A DNA stretch of 52,903 nucleotides from an uncultured Bacilli bacterium. GTDB taxonomy: Bacteria > Bacillota_I > Bacilli_A > RF39 > UBA660. Shown here in pieces: positions 25,943 to 34,487 of this stretch. The translations under genes were made by a program, and so were the position numbers. The stretch is taken from contig CAKOKR010000003.1 of NCBI GenBank assembly GCA_934095965.1, positions 1-52,903 on the forward strand, read 5' to 3'. The notes under the pieces are model-generated. The model saw nothing but the letters and a program-made list of their open reading frames with translations, searched no databases and had not been told where the DNA came from. Positions within the stretch are counted from its first letter, which is position 1; each line of letters opens with the position of its first letter.

Positions 25943-26581
25943 ATGAAAAACAAAAGATTAAGAAGTTTTGTATTACCAACAGTATACATCATGGTAATAA
26001 GTGTATTATTTATAAGTATATCATTTTTAGCAAATAACCTAGGACACAATATTGAATATGGCAACATGTCAGTTAGCACATTAGATGATAATACTACACC
26101 TGTAATAAAAAATGAAGAAAACATATTACAAAGTATTATTGAAAAACCATATGTCAGTAGTAATGTTTCTATTGCCAAATCATTTTATGACATGACGGAT
26201 GATGCTAAAAAACAAGAAGATTCACTAGTATACTACCAAAATACTTATTTACAAAATAGTGGAGTACTTTACGAATCAACAGATCCATTTGACATTAAAG
26301 CATCATACGACGGTAAAGTAACTAATGTTTCCAGTGATGACATTCTAGGAAACTATGTAGAAATTACCCACAATGAAAAACTAAAAACAGTATACTACAG
26401 TCTAAGTGAAGTAATAGTAAAAAAAGACGATGTTGTTTTAAGTGGTGATGTAATAGGTAAAAGTGGTACAAACAAATTAAGTAATAACTCCAAAAATTCC
26501 TTATTATTTGAAGTATATTATAATGGTTCTGCAATAGACCCAGAAGATTTCTACAACATGAATATTGATGATTTAAAATAA
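25943..26581 (+). CDS. SpoIIQ-like membrane protein with a degenerate LytM/M23 domain
   Basis: N-terminal TM segment. C-terminal GKVTNVSSDDILGNYVEITHNEKLKTVYYSLS ... GDVIGKSGTN ... LLFEVYYNGSAIDPEDF. The HxH position reads LLF. Sits between spoIID and spoIIID. Confidence 0.6.
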   Translation: MKNKRLRSFVLPTVYIMVISVLFISISFLANNLGHNIEYGNMSVSTLDDNTTPVIKNEENILQSIIEKPYVSSNVSIAKSFYDMTDDAKKQEDSLVYYQNTYLQNSGVLYESTDPFDIKASYDGKVTNVSSDDILGNYVEITHNEKLKTVYYSLSEVIVKKDDVVLSGDVIGKSGTNKLSNNSKNSLLFEVYYNGSAIDPEDFYNMNIDDLK

Positions 26582-26592
26582 CATAAAACCTA

Positions 26593-26630
26593 CCTCTTAA
26601 TAATATACTTTATTAAGGGGTTGTTTGGTT
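26593..26630 (+). terminator. Hairpin plus U-rich tract between the spoIIQ-like gene and spoIIID; the 3' arm contains the spoIIID RBS
   Basis: CCTCTTAATAA-TATACT-TTATTAAGGGG, 11 bp including one G-U pair, followed by TTGTTTGGTT. Confidence 0.55.
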
Positions 26631-26631
26631 A

Positions 26632-26886
26632 ATGAATAAAGATATTAAAAAAAGAGTTTTAAGTGAAGCAAGTCACATTTTAAATACAAAAGAAACAATA
26701 AGAAAGACTGCAGACAGGTTCAATGTCTCAAAAAGCACAGTACACACAGATCTATCCGAACGTCTAAGTGAAATTGATAAAAATCTAAAAAAAGAAATCG
26801 ATGACATATTTTTATATCACGATAAAGTAAAACACATTCGTGGTGGTGAAGTAACAAAACAAAAATACAAAAGGAATAATTTATGA
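26632..26886 (+). CDS. spoIIID: Stage III sporulation protein D (mother-cell transcription factor)
   Basis: 84 aa. HTH TIRKTADRFNVSKSTVHTDL and C-terminal HIRGGE, as in SpoIIID. Confidence 0.85.
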   Translation: MNKDIKKRVLSEASHILNTKETIRKTADRFNVSKSTVHTDLSERLSEIDKNLKKEIDDIFLYHDKVKHIRGGEVTKQKYKRNNL

Positions 26887-27482
26887 AAACGAATAACATA
26901 GTATATTTAACAGATGAATACATATATTTAAAAAATAAAAAGAAAAAAGACATAATAAGGTATAATATAAATGATGGAATAATTTCTTGTGGAAAAATCT
27001 CTAACATTAAAAATTTCATCAAAACATATGAAAAGTTATTAAATGAATTTCATTTAAATAACTCTTTATTCGGTGATACCATCAAAATTATAGTATTACC
27101 TTCATATTTACAATCAGAAATAAACATGTTAAAAAACATATTCATGGTATTTAACTATCGTAAAATAATCATAGAAAAAGAAATAAAGTATTTTAAATTA
27201 TCAAGTAATAATGCATATATTAATATTTACAACAATTATTTATCTATTTGTTACCTAGATGAATTTAAAAAAATAAATAATTTATATATAGAAACAAAAT
27301 TATTTAAAACTGAACAAGATTTAATGAAATATTTAAAATATATATTATATCCCAAAGAAATTTATTTACTTGGTTTTGGCACATTAATAAACACAATATT
27401 TAATGAATTAGAAAATAAAACAGATTTAAAAACATACCTATTTTCCAATCATGAAACCTATATTTTAGATAAATCAAAATAG
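26883..27482 (+). CDS. Hypothetical protein (199 aa), translationally coupled to spoIIID
   Basis: ATGA overlap with the spoIIID stop. No recognisable motif. Very N/K/I-rich. Confidence 0.45.
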   Translation: MKTNNIVYLTDEYIYLKNKKKKDIIRYNINDGIISCGKISNIKNFIKTYEKLLNEFHLNNSLFGDTIKIIVLPSYLQSEINMLKNIFMVFNYRKIIIEKEIKYFKLSSNNAYINIYNNYLSICYLDEFKKINNLYIETKLFKTEQDLMKYLKYILYPKEIYLLGFGTLINTIFNELENKTDLKTYLFSNHETYILDKSK

Positions 27483-27565
27483 AAATGTCGAACTTTGTCG
27501 GACGATTTTTGTTGCATTATTCTTCCATATGTGTTAAAGTTTAAATGTAGGAAGGAGTGAGTGTA

Positions 27566-27784
27566 ATGATGCAAGGCAAAGTAAAGTGGTTTAACAACGA
27601 TAAAGGTTATGGCTTCATTGAATATGATAAACTATCAGATATCTTTGTACATTATTCTGCAATAGTAAAAGAAGGCTACAAAACATTAAATGAGGGTGCT
27701 ATAGTTGATTTTAAATTAATTGAAACTTCAAAAGGTTTACAAGCAATTGATGTTGTGGAACATGAAATGACTACTATTAAGTAG
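27566..27784 (+). CDS. Cold-shock domain protein
   Basis: GKVKWFNNDKGYGFI (RNP1) and DIFVHYS (RNP2). ATG 27566 follows a GGAAGGAG RBS. Confidence 0.85.
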   Translation: MMQGKVKWFNNDKGYGFIEYDKLSDIFVHYSAIVKEGYKTLNEGAIVDFKLIETSKGLQAIDVVEHEMTTIK

Positions 27785-27793
27785 TTTTTTTTC
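27770..27793 (+). terminator. Rho-independent terminator after csp
   Basis: ACTACT-ATTA-AGTAGT followed by a T8 run. Confidence 0.65.
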
Positions 27794-27832
27794 TTTTTTT
27801 GTGGTATTATAATTATAGGAAGGTGATAAGTT

Positions 27833-28366
27833 TTGAAAATAAGTATTCGTGGTGATAAATTAACAGTCACTAAATCAATGAAAGAATACATAACAGAAAA
27901 GTTAGGAAAGCTAGATAAGTATTTTGAAAGTCCTAAGGATACTGAGTGTAAGGTCTTAATTAAGGTCAAGAACCAAGATCAAAGTATTGAAGTTACAGTA
28001 CCAACTAGTAGATTTACTTTAAGAGCAGAAGAAAGGCATCCTGACCTTTATGCAGCAACGGACTTAGTTATTGACAAACTAGAAGGCCAAATTCGAAAAA
28101 ATAAGGCTAGACTAGGGAAGAAATATCGCGATGTTCCTAAATTTGAAATGAGTTTTGATTTTGATGTTTCAGATGAAGAAGAAAATGATGAAAAAATCAT
28201 AAAAAGAAAAGAAATGGAAATGAAACCAATGGATGAAGAAGAAGCTTTAATCCAAATAGAATTATTAAATCATGATTTCTTCGTATTTAAAAACATCGAT
28301 GAAGATTGTGTATCCGTTTTATACAAAAGAAAAGACGGAAGCTATGGTATAATAAACGTTAAATAA
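27833..28366 (+). CDS. hpf: Ribosome hibernation promoting factor, long form
   Basis: MKISIRGDKLTVTKSMKEYITEKLGKLDKYF N-terminal domain, linker, and a C-terminal dimerisation domain (FFVFKNIDEDCVSVLYKRKDGSYGII). TTG start after an AGGAAGGTGA RBS. Confidence 0.9.
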   Translation: MKISIRGDKLTVTKSMKEYITEKLGKLDKYFESPKDTECKVLIKVKNQDQSIEVTVPTSRFTLRAEERHPDLYAATDLVIDKLEGQIRKNKARLGKKYRDVPKFEMSFDFDVSDEEENDEKIIKRKEMEMKPMDEEEALIQIELLNHDFFVFKNIDEDCVSVLYKRKDGSYGIINVK

Positions 28367-28371
28367 CAAAA

Positions 28372-28408
28372 GCACTAAGTGAAATATAATTTCATTTAGT
28401 CTTTTTTT
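28372..28408 (+). terminator. Rho-independent terminator after hpf
   Basis: CACTAAGTGAAAT-ATA-ATTTCATTTAGT stem with one mismatch, followed by a T7 run. Confidence 0.75.
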
Positions 28409-28444
28409 GCAAAAAATTTGTCGAAATTTGTCTATACAAAAGTA

Positions 28445-28473
28445 TTGACAATAAAACTCGCATATGTTATTCT
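28445..28473 (+). promoter_or_regulatory. Sigma-A-type promoter upstream of the secA leader
   Basis: TTGACA, 17 nt spacer, TGtTATTCT. Confidence 0.6.
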
Positions 28474-28480
28474 AAATTTT

Positions 28481-28640
28481 ATCAGGGAGGCAGTACCATG
28501 AAAAAAATAAAAAATGAATAAAAACAAGTAGGGTCGGCAGGATCCGAATCTGGTCTGTGGAGGGAGAAATCCCTGCGAAGCAGAAAAACTCTGCTGTGAG
28601 GCAGCGTAACAATTGAAAAAGTCTTTTTCTTTTCAACTAG
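28481..28640 (+). promoter_or_regulatory. Long structured secA leader: 7-codon mini-ORF plus a G+C-rich RNA element
   Basis: AGGGAGG RBS then ATG AAA AAA ATA AAA AAT GAA TAA (28498-28521). The G+C-rich block 28529-28607 has 45 of 79 G+C by hand count. It contains helix CGGCAGG/TCTGCTG, helix TCTG/CAGA, and an apical AGGGA-GAAA-TCCCT hairpin with a GNRA loop. TCCCTG can alternatively pair with the CAGGGA of the mini-ORF RBS. Only a weak all-A/U hairpin precedes a second extended -10 (TGgTATAAT, 28644-28652). Confidence 0.5.
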
Positions 28641-28676
28641 TTATGGTATAATACATCTTAAGGAGAAATGATAAAA

Positions 28677-31166
28677 ATGAATTTTATAAAAAAATTATTA
28701 GACAGTGAATATAAAGAATTATGTCGCTTTGAAAAATTGGCTCAAGAAATTGAAAGTCTTGAACCTGAAATGCAATCTCTAAAAGATGAAGATTTTAAAG
28801 ATAAGACTTTAGAATTTAAAGCTATGCTGGAAGATGGAAAAACTCTAGATGATATAGTTGTTCCCGCATTTGCACTAGCTCGTGAAGCAGCGTACCGTGC
28901 AATCGGCGAAAAGCCTTTCCATGTTCAAATACTAGGTGGTTTAGCAATCCATTATGGAAATATCGCTGAAATGAAAACTGGTGAAGGAAAGACTTTAACA
29001 ACTATCTTACCAGCATATTTAAATTCACTAAGCGGTAAGGGTGTTCATGTAGTAACAACCAACGAATACTTATCAAGCCGTAACGCAGAATGGATGCGTC
29101 CAATTTACAATTTGTTAGGTGTATCTGTAGGAGTAAATATCAGAGAATTATCACCAAAGGAAAAGCAAGAAGCATATAATGCAGATATTACTTATTCAAC
29201 AAATAATGAAGTTGGATTTGACTATTTACGTGATAACATGGTAGTAAGACGTGAAGACAGAGTTCAACGTGGACTTAACTTCTGTATCATCGATGAAGTT
29301 GACTCAATTTTAATCGACGAAGCACGGACTCCGTTAATCATAAGTGGTGGACAATTTAACACAAATAGTTTATACATCGAAGCAGATCGTGTTGCCAAAA
29401 GACTAAAAGAAGAAGATGACTATACAATTGATTTAAAAACCAAGAGCGTATCACTAACAGCAGATGGTAGTAAAAAGGTCGAAAAGTTGCTAAACATAAC
29501 AAACCTTTATGATTTAGATAACACAAACCTAGTACACCACATTAATCAAGCTCTAAAAGCAAATTATGGTTTTAAAAAAGATATCGACTATGTAGTTGAC
29601 AATGATGCAATAATAATCGTTGATCCATTCACAGGTCGTCTAATGCACGGAAGACAATACTCTGAAGGATTACATCAAGCCATCGAAGCAAAAGAAGGTG
29701 TTACAATCAATACCGAAACTAAGACAATGGCAACGATTACCTTCCAAAACTTATTTAGAATGTATAACAAATTATCAGGTATGACTGGTACTGCCAAAAC
29801 TGAGGAAGAAGAATTTAGAAATATCTATAACATGTACGTTATTAGAATACCTACGAATAAACCTGTAATCCGTGAAGACCTACCAGATTTAGTATACTCT
29901 GGTGAAAACGGAAAATATAAAGCAATAATTAATGTAATCAAAGAAATACATGCAAAACATCAACCGATTCTAATCGGTACAATTTCCGTAGAATCAAATG
30001 AAAAATTAAGTAAATTACTTACCAAAAACGGATTAAAGCACGAAGTATTAAATGCAAAAAACCACGAAAGAGAAGCTGAAATTATCGCACATGCCGGTGA
30101 AAAAGATGCAATTACACTAGCGACAAACATGGCTGGACGTGGAACAGATATCAAACTTGGCGAAGGTGTTCGTGAAATCGGTGGATTATATGTAATAGGA
30201 ACTGAAAGACACGAATCTCGTCGTATCGATAACCAATTACGTGGTCGTTCAGGTCGTCAAGGAGATCCAGGAACTAGTCAATTCTTCGTATCATTCGAAG
30301 ATGACTTAATGCGTAGATTCGGTACAGAAAAAATAAAGAACATGTTAATCAGCATGGGTATCGAAGATGACCAAGCAATTCGTTCAAAAGCATTAACCCG
30401 TAGCATAGAATCAGCTCAAAAAAAGGTCGAAGGAAATAACTTTGATTACAGAAAAAGCCTTCTTGACTATGACAACGTTTTAAATGAACAAAGAGAAATA
30501 ATATATGCAAAACGTAATGAAATTTTAGATAACGAAAGCATCCATGATAGCATTATCGAAACATTTAAAAATACAATTATTAACTTGGTTGACAGCCATA
30601 TTCCACCAGAAAATATGCTAACAGAAAATGACTTAGCAGAAATCGCAGAATATGTAAACACAAACTTCTTAAAGAACCAAGACTTAAATCCAAAGGCTCT
30701 CGAAGGAATGAAAGAACAAGAAGTAATTGATTATCTAAGTGAACAAGTTATCAAAGACTATGAAAAGAAAATGATTTCCTCACCACTCATGAATGATTTT
30801 GAAAAAGCAATCTCCCTTCGTGTAATTGATACAAGTTGGGTAGACCACATGAGTGCAATGGAACACTTAAAAGAAGGTGTTGGTTTACGTGGATACGGAC
30901 AATCAAACCCAGTTCAAGTCTACACAATGGAAGGATTTGAAATGTTTGATAATCTATTAAACAAAATAGATAACGATATTGCACTATTCTTATTAAAAGC
31001 AGAAGTTCGTCAAAATATCGAAAGAAAACAAACCCTAAAGGGAACAGCAAATGATGGAAAAGAAAAAATAAAAAAAGAACCAAAAAGAGTTAGCCACAAG
31101 ATAGGACGTAATGACCCATGCATTTGCGGCAGCGGTAAAAAATACAAAAATTGCTGTGGAAAATAA
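28677..31166 (+). CDS. secA: Preprotein translocase ATPase SecA
   Basis: Walker A MKTGEGKT, DEAD-like DEVDSILIDEARTPLIISG, and the C-terminal zinc motif CICGSGKKYKNCCG. Start at 28677, or 28668 as in the track. Confidence 0.95.
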   Translation: MNFIKKLLDSEYKELCRFEKLAQEIESLEPEMQSLKDEDFKDKTLEFKAMLEDGKTLDDIVVPAFALAREAAYRAIGEKPFHVQILGGLAIHYGNIAEMKTGEGKTLTTILPAYLNSLSGKGVHVVTTNEYLSSRNAEWMRPIYNLLGVSVGVNIRELSPKEKQEAYNADITYSTNNEVGFDYLRDNMVVRREDRVQRGLNFCIIDEVDSILIDEARTPLIISGGQFNTNSLYIEADRVAKRLKEEDDYTIDLKTKSVSLTADGSKKVEKLLNITNLYDLDNTNLVHHINQALKANYGFKKDIDYVVDNDAIIIVDPFTGRLMHGRQYSEGLHQAIEAKEGVTINTETKTMATITFQNLFRMYNKLSGMTGTAKTEEEEFRNIYNMYVIRIPTNKPVIREDLPDLVYSGENGKYKAIINVIKEIHAKHQPILIGTISVESNEKLSKLLTKNGLKHEVLNAKNHEREAEIIAHAGEKDAITLATNMAGRGTDIKLGEGVREIGGLYVIGTERHESRRIDNQLRGRSGRQGDPGTSQFFVSFEDDLMRRFGTEKIKNMLISMGIEDDQAIRSKALTRSIESAQKKVEGNNFDYRKSLLDYDNVLNEQREIIYAKRNEILDNESIHDSIIETFKNTIINLVDSHIPPENMLTENDLAEIAEYVNTNFLKNQDLNPKALEGMKEQEVIDYLSEQVIKDYEKKMISSPLMNDFEKAISLRVIDTSWVDHMSAMEHLKEGVGLRGYGQSNPVQVYTMEGFEMFDNLLNKIDNDIALFLLKAEVRQNIERKQTLKGTANDGKEKIKKEPKRVSHKIGRNDPCICGSGKKYKNCCGK

Positions 31167-31180
31167 GTAGATTATAACAT

Positions 31181-31218
31181 AGGTGTCATCAATAAATACT
31201 TTGCTGACACCTTTTATT
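31181..31218 (+). terminator. Rho-independent terminator after secA
   Basis: AGGTGTCA ... TGACACCT 8 bp stem followed by TTTTATT. Confidence 0.7.
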
Positions 31219-31251
31219 AAACAAATATACAAAAAGAAGAAAGTGATTAAA

Positions 31252-31713
31252 ATGAAAAAAGAAAGAGAAAAATTTTTATCATCAATATATATAATTATCA
31301 AAAATGAAAACGGAGAAATCCTTTTACAAAGAAGACAAGGTACAAAACTATGGCCTGGATTTTTTGCACTGCCAGCTGGTCACATAGATGAAGGTGAAAA
31401 TGCATACGAAGCATTAATACGTGAAGCAAAAGAAGAATTAAACATAAAAATTGATACAAACAACATAGTTGATACATTCGCGGTTAACAGAAAAAATAAA
31501 TCATTGCCACCATACTATGATGTGTACTTTGAAATAAATAAATACGATGGTAAAATAACTATCAATGAACCAGAAAAATGCAGTGAATTAATCTGGGCAG
31601 ATATCAACAACTTACCAACAGACATGATAACTTTTGAAAAAGAAGCAATAAATAATAATTTAAAAGGTATAAAATTTAGTGTAACATATGCAGATAATGA
31701 AGAAAAATTTTGA
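31252..31713 (+). CDS. Nudix hydrolase
   Basis: Nudix box GHIDEGENAYEALIREAKEELNI. The start at 31252 lies downstream of the secA terminator, whereas the track start 31183 spans the terminator. Confidence 0.8.
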   Translation: MKKEREKFLSSIYIIIKNENGEILLQRRQGTKLWPGFFALPAGHIDEGENAYEALIREAKEELNIKIDTNNIVDTFAVNRKNKSLPPYYDVYFEINKYDGKITINEPEKCSELIWADINNLPTDMITFEKEAINNNLKGIKFSVTYADNEEKF

Positions 31714-31731
31714 GTAGTGAGGTGTTGCAAA

Positions 31732-32541
31732 ATGAATACAAAAACAAAATATAAAATATGTAGCAAACAATTAAGTAGTGATTTAGATGTAATAATTCAA
31801 GCTTTTATTAATACTTATGGAACTGAGTATTCAGATTTTATCATTAATAGATTTAAAGAACTAAAGATTATTTGGTATGATGATGAAATACAAAATTATA
31901 GCAATATAAATGATATAATAGAAACCTCTTTACCAAAAGAAATTATAGATGAATACTTAAAGAAATATAAAGAGAAATGTTTTTCACAAAGTGCTTTTCT
32001 TGCTGAATTAGATGTTTTAGTTTTACCTTTATCATATAATATAACCCATATAATTCACGAAATGAATCATATGATTAGTAGCCATGTTTTATCAAAAAAT
32101 CCATTAAGAATAATAAGTGGTTTAAGTACAATAACAGAACAAAATGATGGAGTGGTATCCAATGACAGTGATTTAAATGAAGTAATAAATCAAAAAATAA
32201 CAATAGATATTTTGGAAGAACTAAAAAAAATAGGTATAGATTTAAAAGTATCTTCATCTTGGCAAGAACGTCTATTTCCATTAGTTAATTTATTTTACAA
32301 AACATTTAAAGATGAAATAAAGAAAATATATGTTACCGGTGATTTATTATCTTTTGTTAAAAACATCGGAGAACAATCCTATATCGAATTTACTCAAATT
32401 ATGTTTTTAAAATGTTTTAAAGCACGCAGAAAAATCACAAAAGGCGAAACTCAAATTGTTTCTAACGATGACGTAAAACAATTAGAAACATTAGTGTTTA
32501 TGATGAATGAAACTAGAAATCAACAAAATATAAAAAGATAG
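31732..32541 (+). CDS. Hypothetical protein with an HExxH motif
   Basis: ITHIIHEMNHMISSH. ATG follows a GTGAGGTG RBS. No other recognisable feature. Confidence 0.45.
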   Translation: MNTKTKYKICSKQLSSDLDVIIQAFINTYGTEYSDFIINRFKELKIIWYDDEIQNYSNINDIIETSLPKEIIDEYLKKYKEKCFSQSAFLAELDVLVLPLSYNITHIIHEMNHMISSHVLSKNPLRIISGLSTITEQNDGVVSNDSDLNEVINQKITIDILEELKKIGIDLKVSSSWQERLFPLVNLFYKTFKDEIKKIYVTGDLLSFVKNIGEQSYIEFTQIMFLKCFKARRKITKGETQIVSNDDVKQLETLVFMMNETRNQQNIKR

Positions 32542-32602
32542 AAAAAATTAAGTGGTAGTACATGAAACTATTCACTCTAACAAATAAATAAGGAGGTTAA
32601 AA

Positions 32603-33172
32603 ATGAAAATCATATTAGGTTCTAAAAATCCATCAAAAGCAAATGCAATAAAATTAGCAATGGAATCTATCGGATATAATGATATAATAATAACACCAAT
32701 AGATGTTCCATCCCAAGTTAGTTCAAAACCAATTAATGAAGACACTCTAATCGGAGCTCAAAATAGAAATAAAAATTTATATAAATACTGTCAAGAAAAC
32801 AACATTGATTTTGACTTATTAATAAGCATCGAAGGTGGTTATGAACAAGTTAATAACATATATTTTATTGTAACTTATGCTTCAATCATAGATAATAAAA
32901 ATAACGAATTTATTGGAAAATCTCAAGGATTACAAATTTCTAAGGCAATGTTTGAATGGGTAAGTAATGGCAACTCATTAAATAAAGTAATTGAATCAAT
33001 CATAGAAAATAGTGAAAACAAAAAAGCAAATGGTATATCAGGTTATTTAACAAATGGATTTTATAAAAGAGACATATTTGATAGAAGTGCCATCATAAGT
33101 GCATTAGAATCATATATAAATTACAATCAAAGTTATCAACAATTAGAAAGAAGTTTAATAAAGACAAAATAA
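32603..33172 (+). CDS. Non-canonical purine NTP phosphatase, YjjX-like (inosine/xanthosine triphosphatase family)
   Basis: By-eye alignment to the recalled E. coli YjjX sequence: ILGSKNPSKANAI, VPSQVSSKPINEDTLIGAQNR, ISIEGG and GISGYLTNGFYKR. Confidence 0.7.
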   Translation: MKIILGSKNPSKANAIKLAMESIGYNDIIITPIDVPSQVSSKPINEDTLIGAQNRNKNLYKYCQENNIDFDLLISIEGGYEQVNNIYFIVTYASIIDNKNNEFIGKSQGLQISKAMFEWVSNGNSLNKVIESIIENSENKKANGISGYLTNGFYKRDIFDRSAIISALESYINYNQSYQQLERSLIKTK

Positions 33173-33193
33173 TAATTATCGGAGGTTTTGGTA

Positions 33194-33892
33194 ATGAAAA
33201 TAACAAATGAAAAAGAAGTAACACAAATAATAATTGATTTAATTAATAAATTACATCCAGTTAAAACACCACGAATAGATTTAAACATTCCAAGTTTCAA
33301 AATGCCAGCAACAGATATAATAATAAATTTGGTAGAAGAAGATAACTTGCCATACACATTTATTAACATACTTGATGGAACCCAAAGTTTCAAAGAAAGC
33401 ATAGAACAAGGAAAAATATTAATATCAAATTATCTAGATAATAACACTCTAAAAGAATTAATAGACTTCTTATTTTTAAATTTTCCCATAATATACAACT
33501 TTAATGTAAATGAAAATTCCTTATCTTTAGACTTTTCTTTTTCTAAAAACAAAGATTTTTTAAAAACACCAGGTTTGTCACTAGAAAGCCTAAATTTAGA
33601 AATTAATATTAATGATTTAAAATTAAAACATCAACTAACGAATTATCTAATATTTATAATGAACACATATTACAATGAATTAAAACAAACCTCATTTTGG
33701 CAAGAAAATATGCAAAAATATAAGGAAAAATTAATATTAGAAATGGAATATAAATTCATAATGGGTTTTCTATCTCATTTAAATGAAAATGAAATAAGAA
33801 AATTGCTTGTTAATATAAATAATGAAAGATTCATAGAAATAATGAATAACATGAATTCAAAAGAAACAAAATTAGAAAGATTATTACCTTAA
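33194..33892 (+). CDS. Hypothetical protein (232 aa)
   Basis: ATG follows a GGAGG RBS. Last gene before a strong terminator. No motif. Confidence 0.4.
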   Translation: MKITNEKEVTQIIIDLINKLHPVKTPRIDLNIPSFKMPATDIIINLVEEDNLPYTFINILDGTQSFKESIEQGKILISNYLDNNTLKELIDFLFLNFPIIYNFNVNENSLSLDFSFSKNKDFLKTPGLSLESLNLEININDLKLKHQLTNYLIFIMNTYYNELKQTSFWQENMQKYKEKLILEMEYKFIMGFLSHLNENEIRKLLVNINNERFIEIMNNMNSKETKLERLLP

Positions 33893-33893
33893 A

Positions 33894-33926
33894 TTGTTGA
33901 TAACTACATAGTTATTAACAATTTTT
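33894..33926 (+). terminator. Rho-independent terminator ending the Nudix operon
   Basis: TTGTTGATAAC-TACATA-GTTATTAACAA stem with one mismatch, followed by TTTTT. Confidence 0.7.
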
Positions 33927-33955
33927 AAATTCAAAAAAATTAATCTTCAAATTAC

Positions 33956-33984
33956 TTGACAATGAATACATATTTTTCTATAAT
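33956..33984 (+). promoter_or_regulatory. Consensus sigma-A-type promoter
   Basis: TTGACA, 17 nt spacer, TATAAT. Confidence 0.65.
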
Positions 33985-34016
33985 AGTGCATACACGTTAA
34001 GAAGGAGAGATATAAA

Positions 34017-34487
34017 ATGAACACAGAAAAAAATATTAAATTAAAAGTAGTAAATACTTATAGCAAAGGATTCGATTCAGTAAAAAATGAAGAAACAAGT
34101 CCATTAGTTATAAATCTTCCTGAAGATAAGTACACTGAACTAATTAATGGAAACCTAAAATTTGAAGTTTATGAAACAAACGAAGAATTTAATCAATATT
34201 TATTCAACATCTATGTTGGCGAAGTATACACATTCGGACAAATGAGAAAAATGTATCCAATGTTTACATTTTCTGAAGGAATGAGTTGGTTAGAACTATC
34301 AGTTATTAATGATGAAACTCCATGTGTATTCTACAAGGATGTTTACAAAAAATATGTACTTCTTGCAAAATTAAATCCAGAAGATTTAGTAGTAAAAGAC
34401 AACCTAGAATTACAAAATTTATTAGAAAATCTAGCAATGGAATTAGAAAATCCAGAACAAACAATGTCAAGAACACGAAATATTTAA
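34017..34487 (+). CDS. Hypothetical protein (156 aa)
   Basis: AGGAGAG RBS and its own promoter. No motif. Confidence 0.4.
   Translation: MNTEKNIKLKVVNTYSKGFDSVKNEETSPLVINLPEDKYTELINGNLKFEVYETNEEFNQYLFNIYVGEVYTFGQMRKMYPMFTFSEGMSWLELSVINDETPCVFYKDVYKKYVLLAKLNPEDLVVKDNLELQNLLENLAMELENPEQTMSRTRNI

Noticed and set aside
28529-28607. Considered calling the G+C-rich element upstream of secA the SRP (4.5S/scRNA) RNA. It has a GNRA-capped helix followed by GAAGCAG, reminiscent of the helix 8 motif GGAAGCAGCC.
   Set aside because: The bases flanking the putative symmetric loop do not pair in the way the SRP domain IV consensus requires. There is no GG/CC closing pair after AGCAG, and the 5' strand reads TCTGTGG instead of TCAGGT. 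A covariance-model search is needed, so it is left as unclassified.
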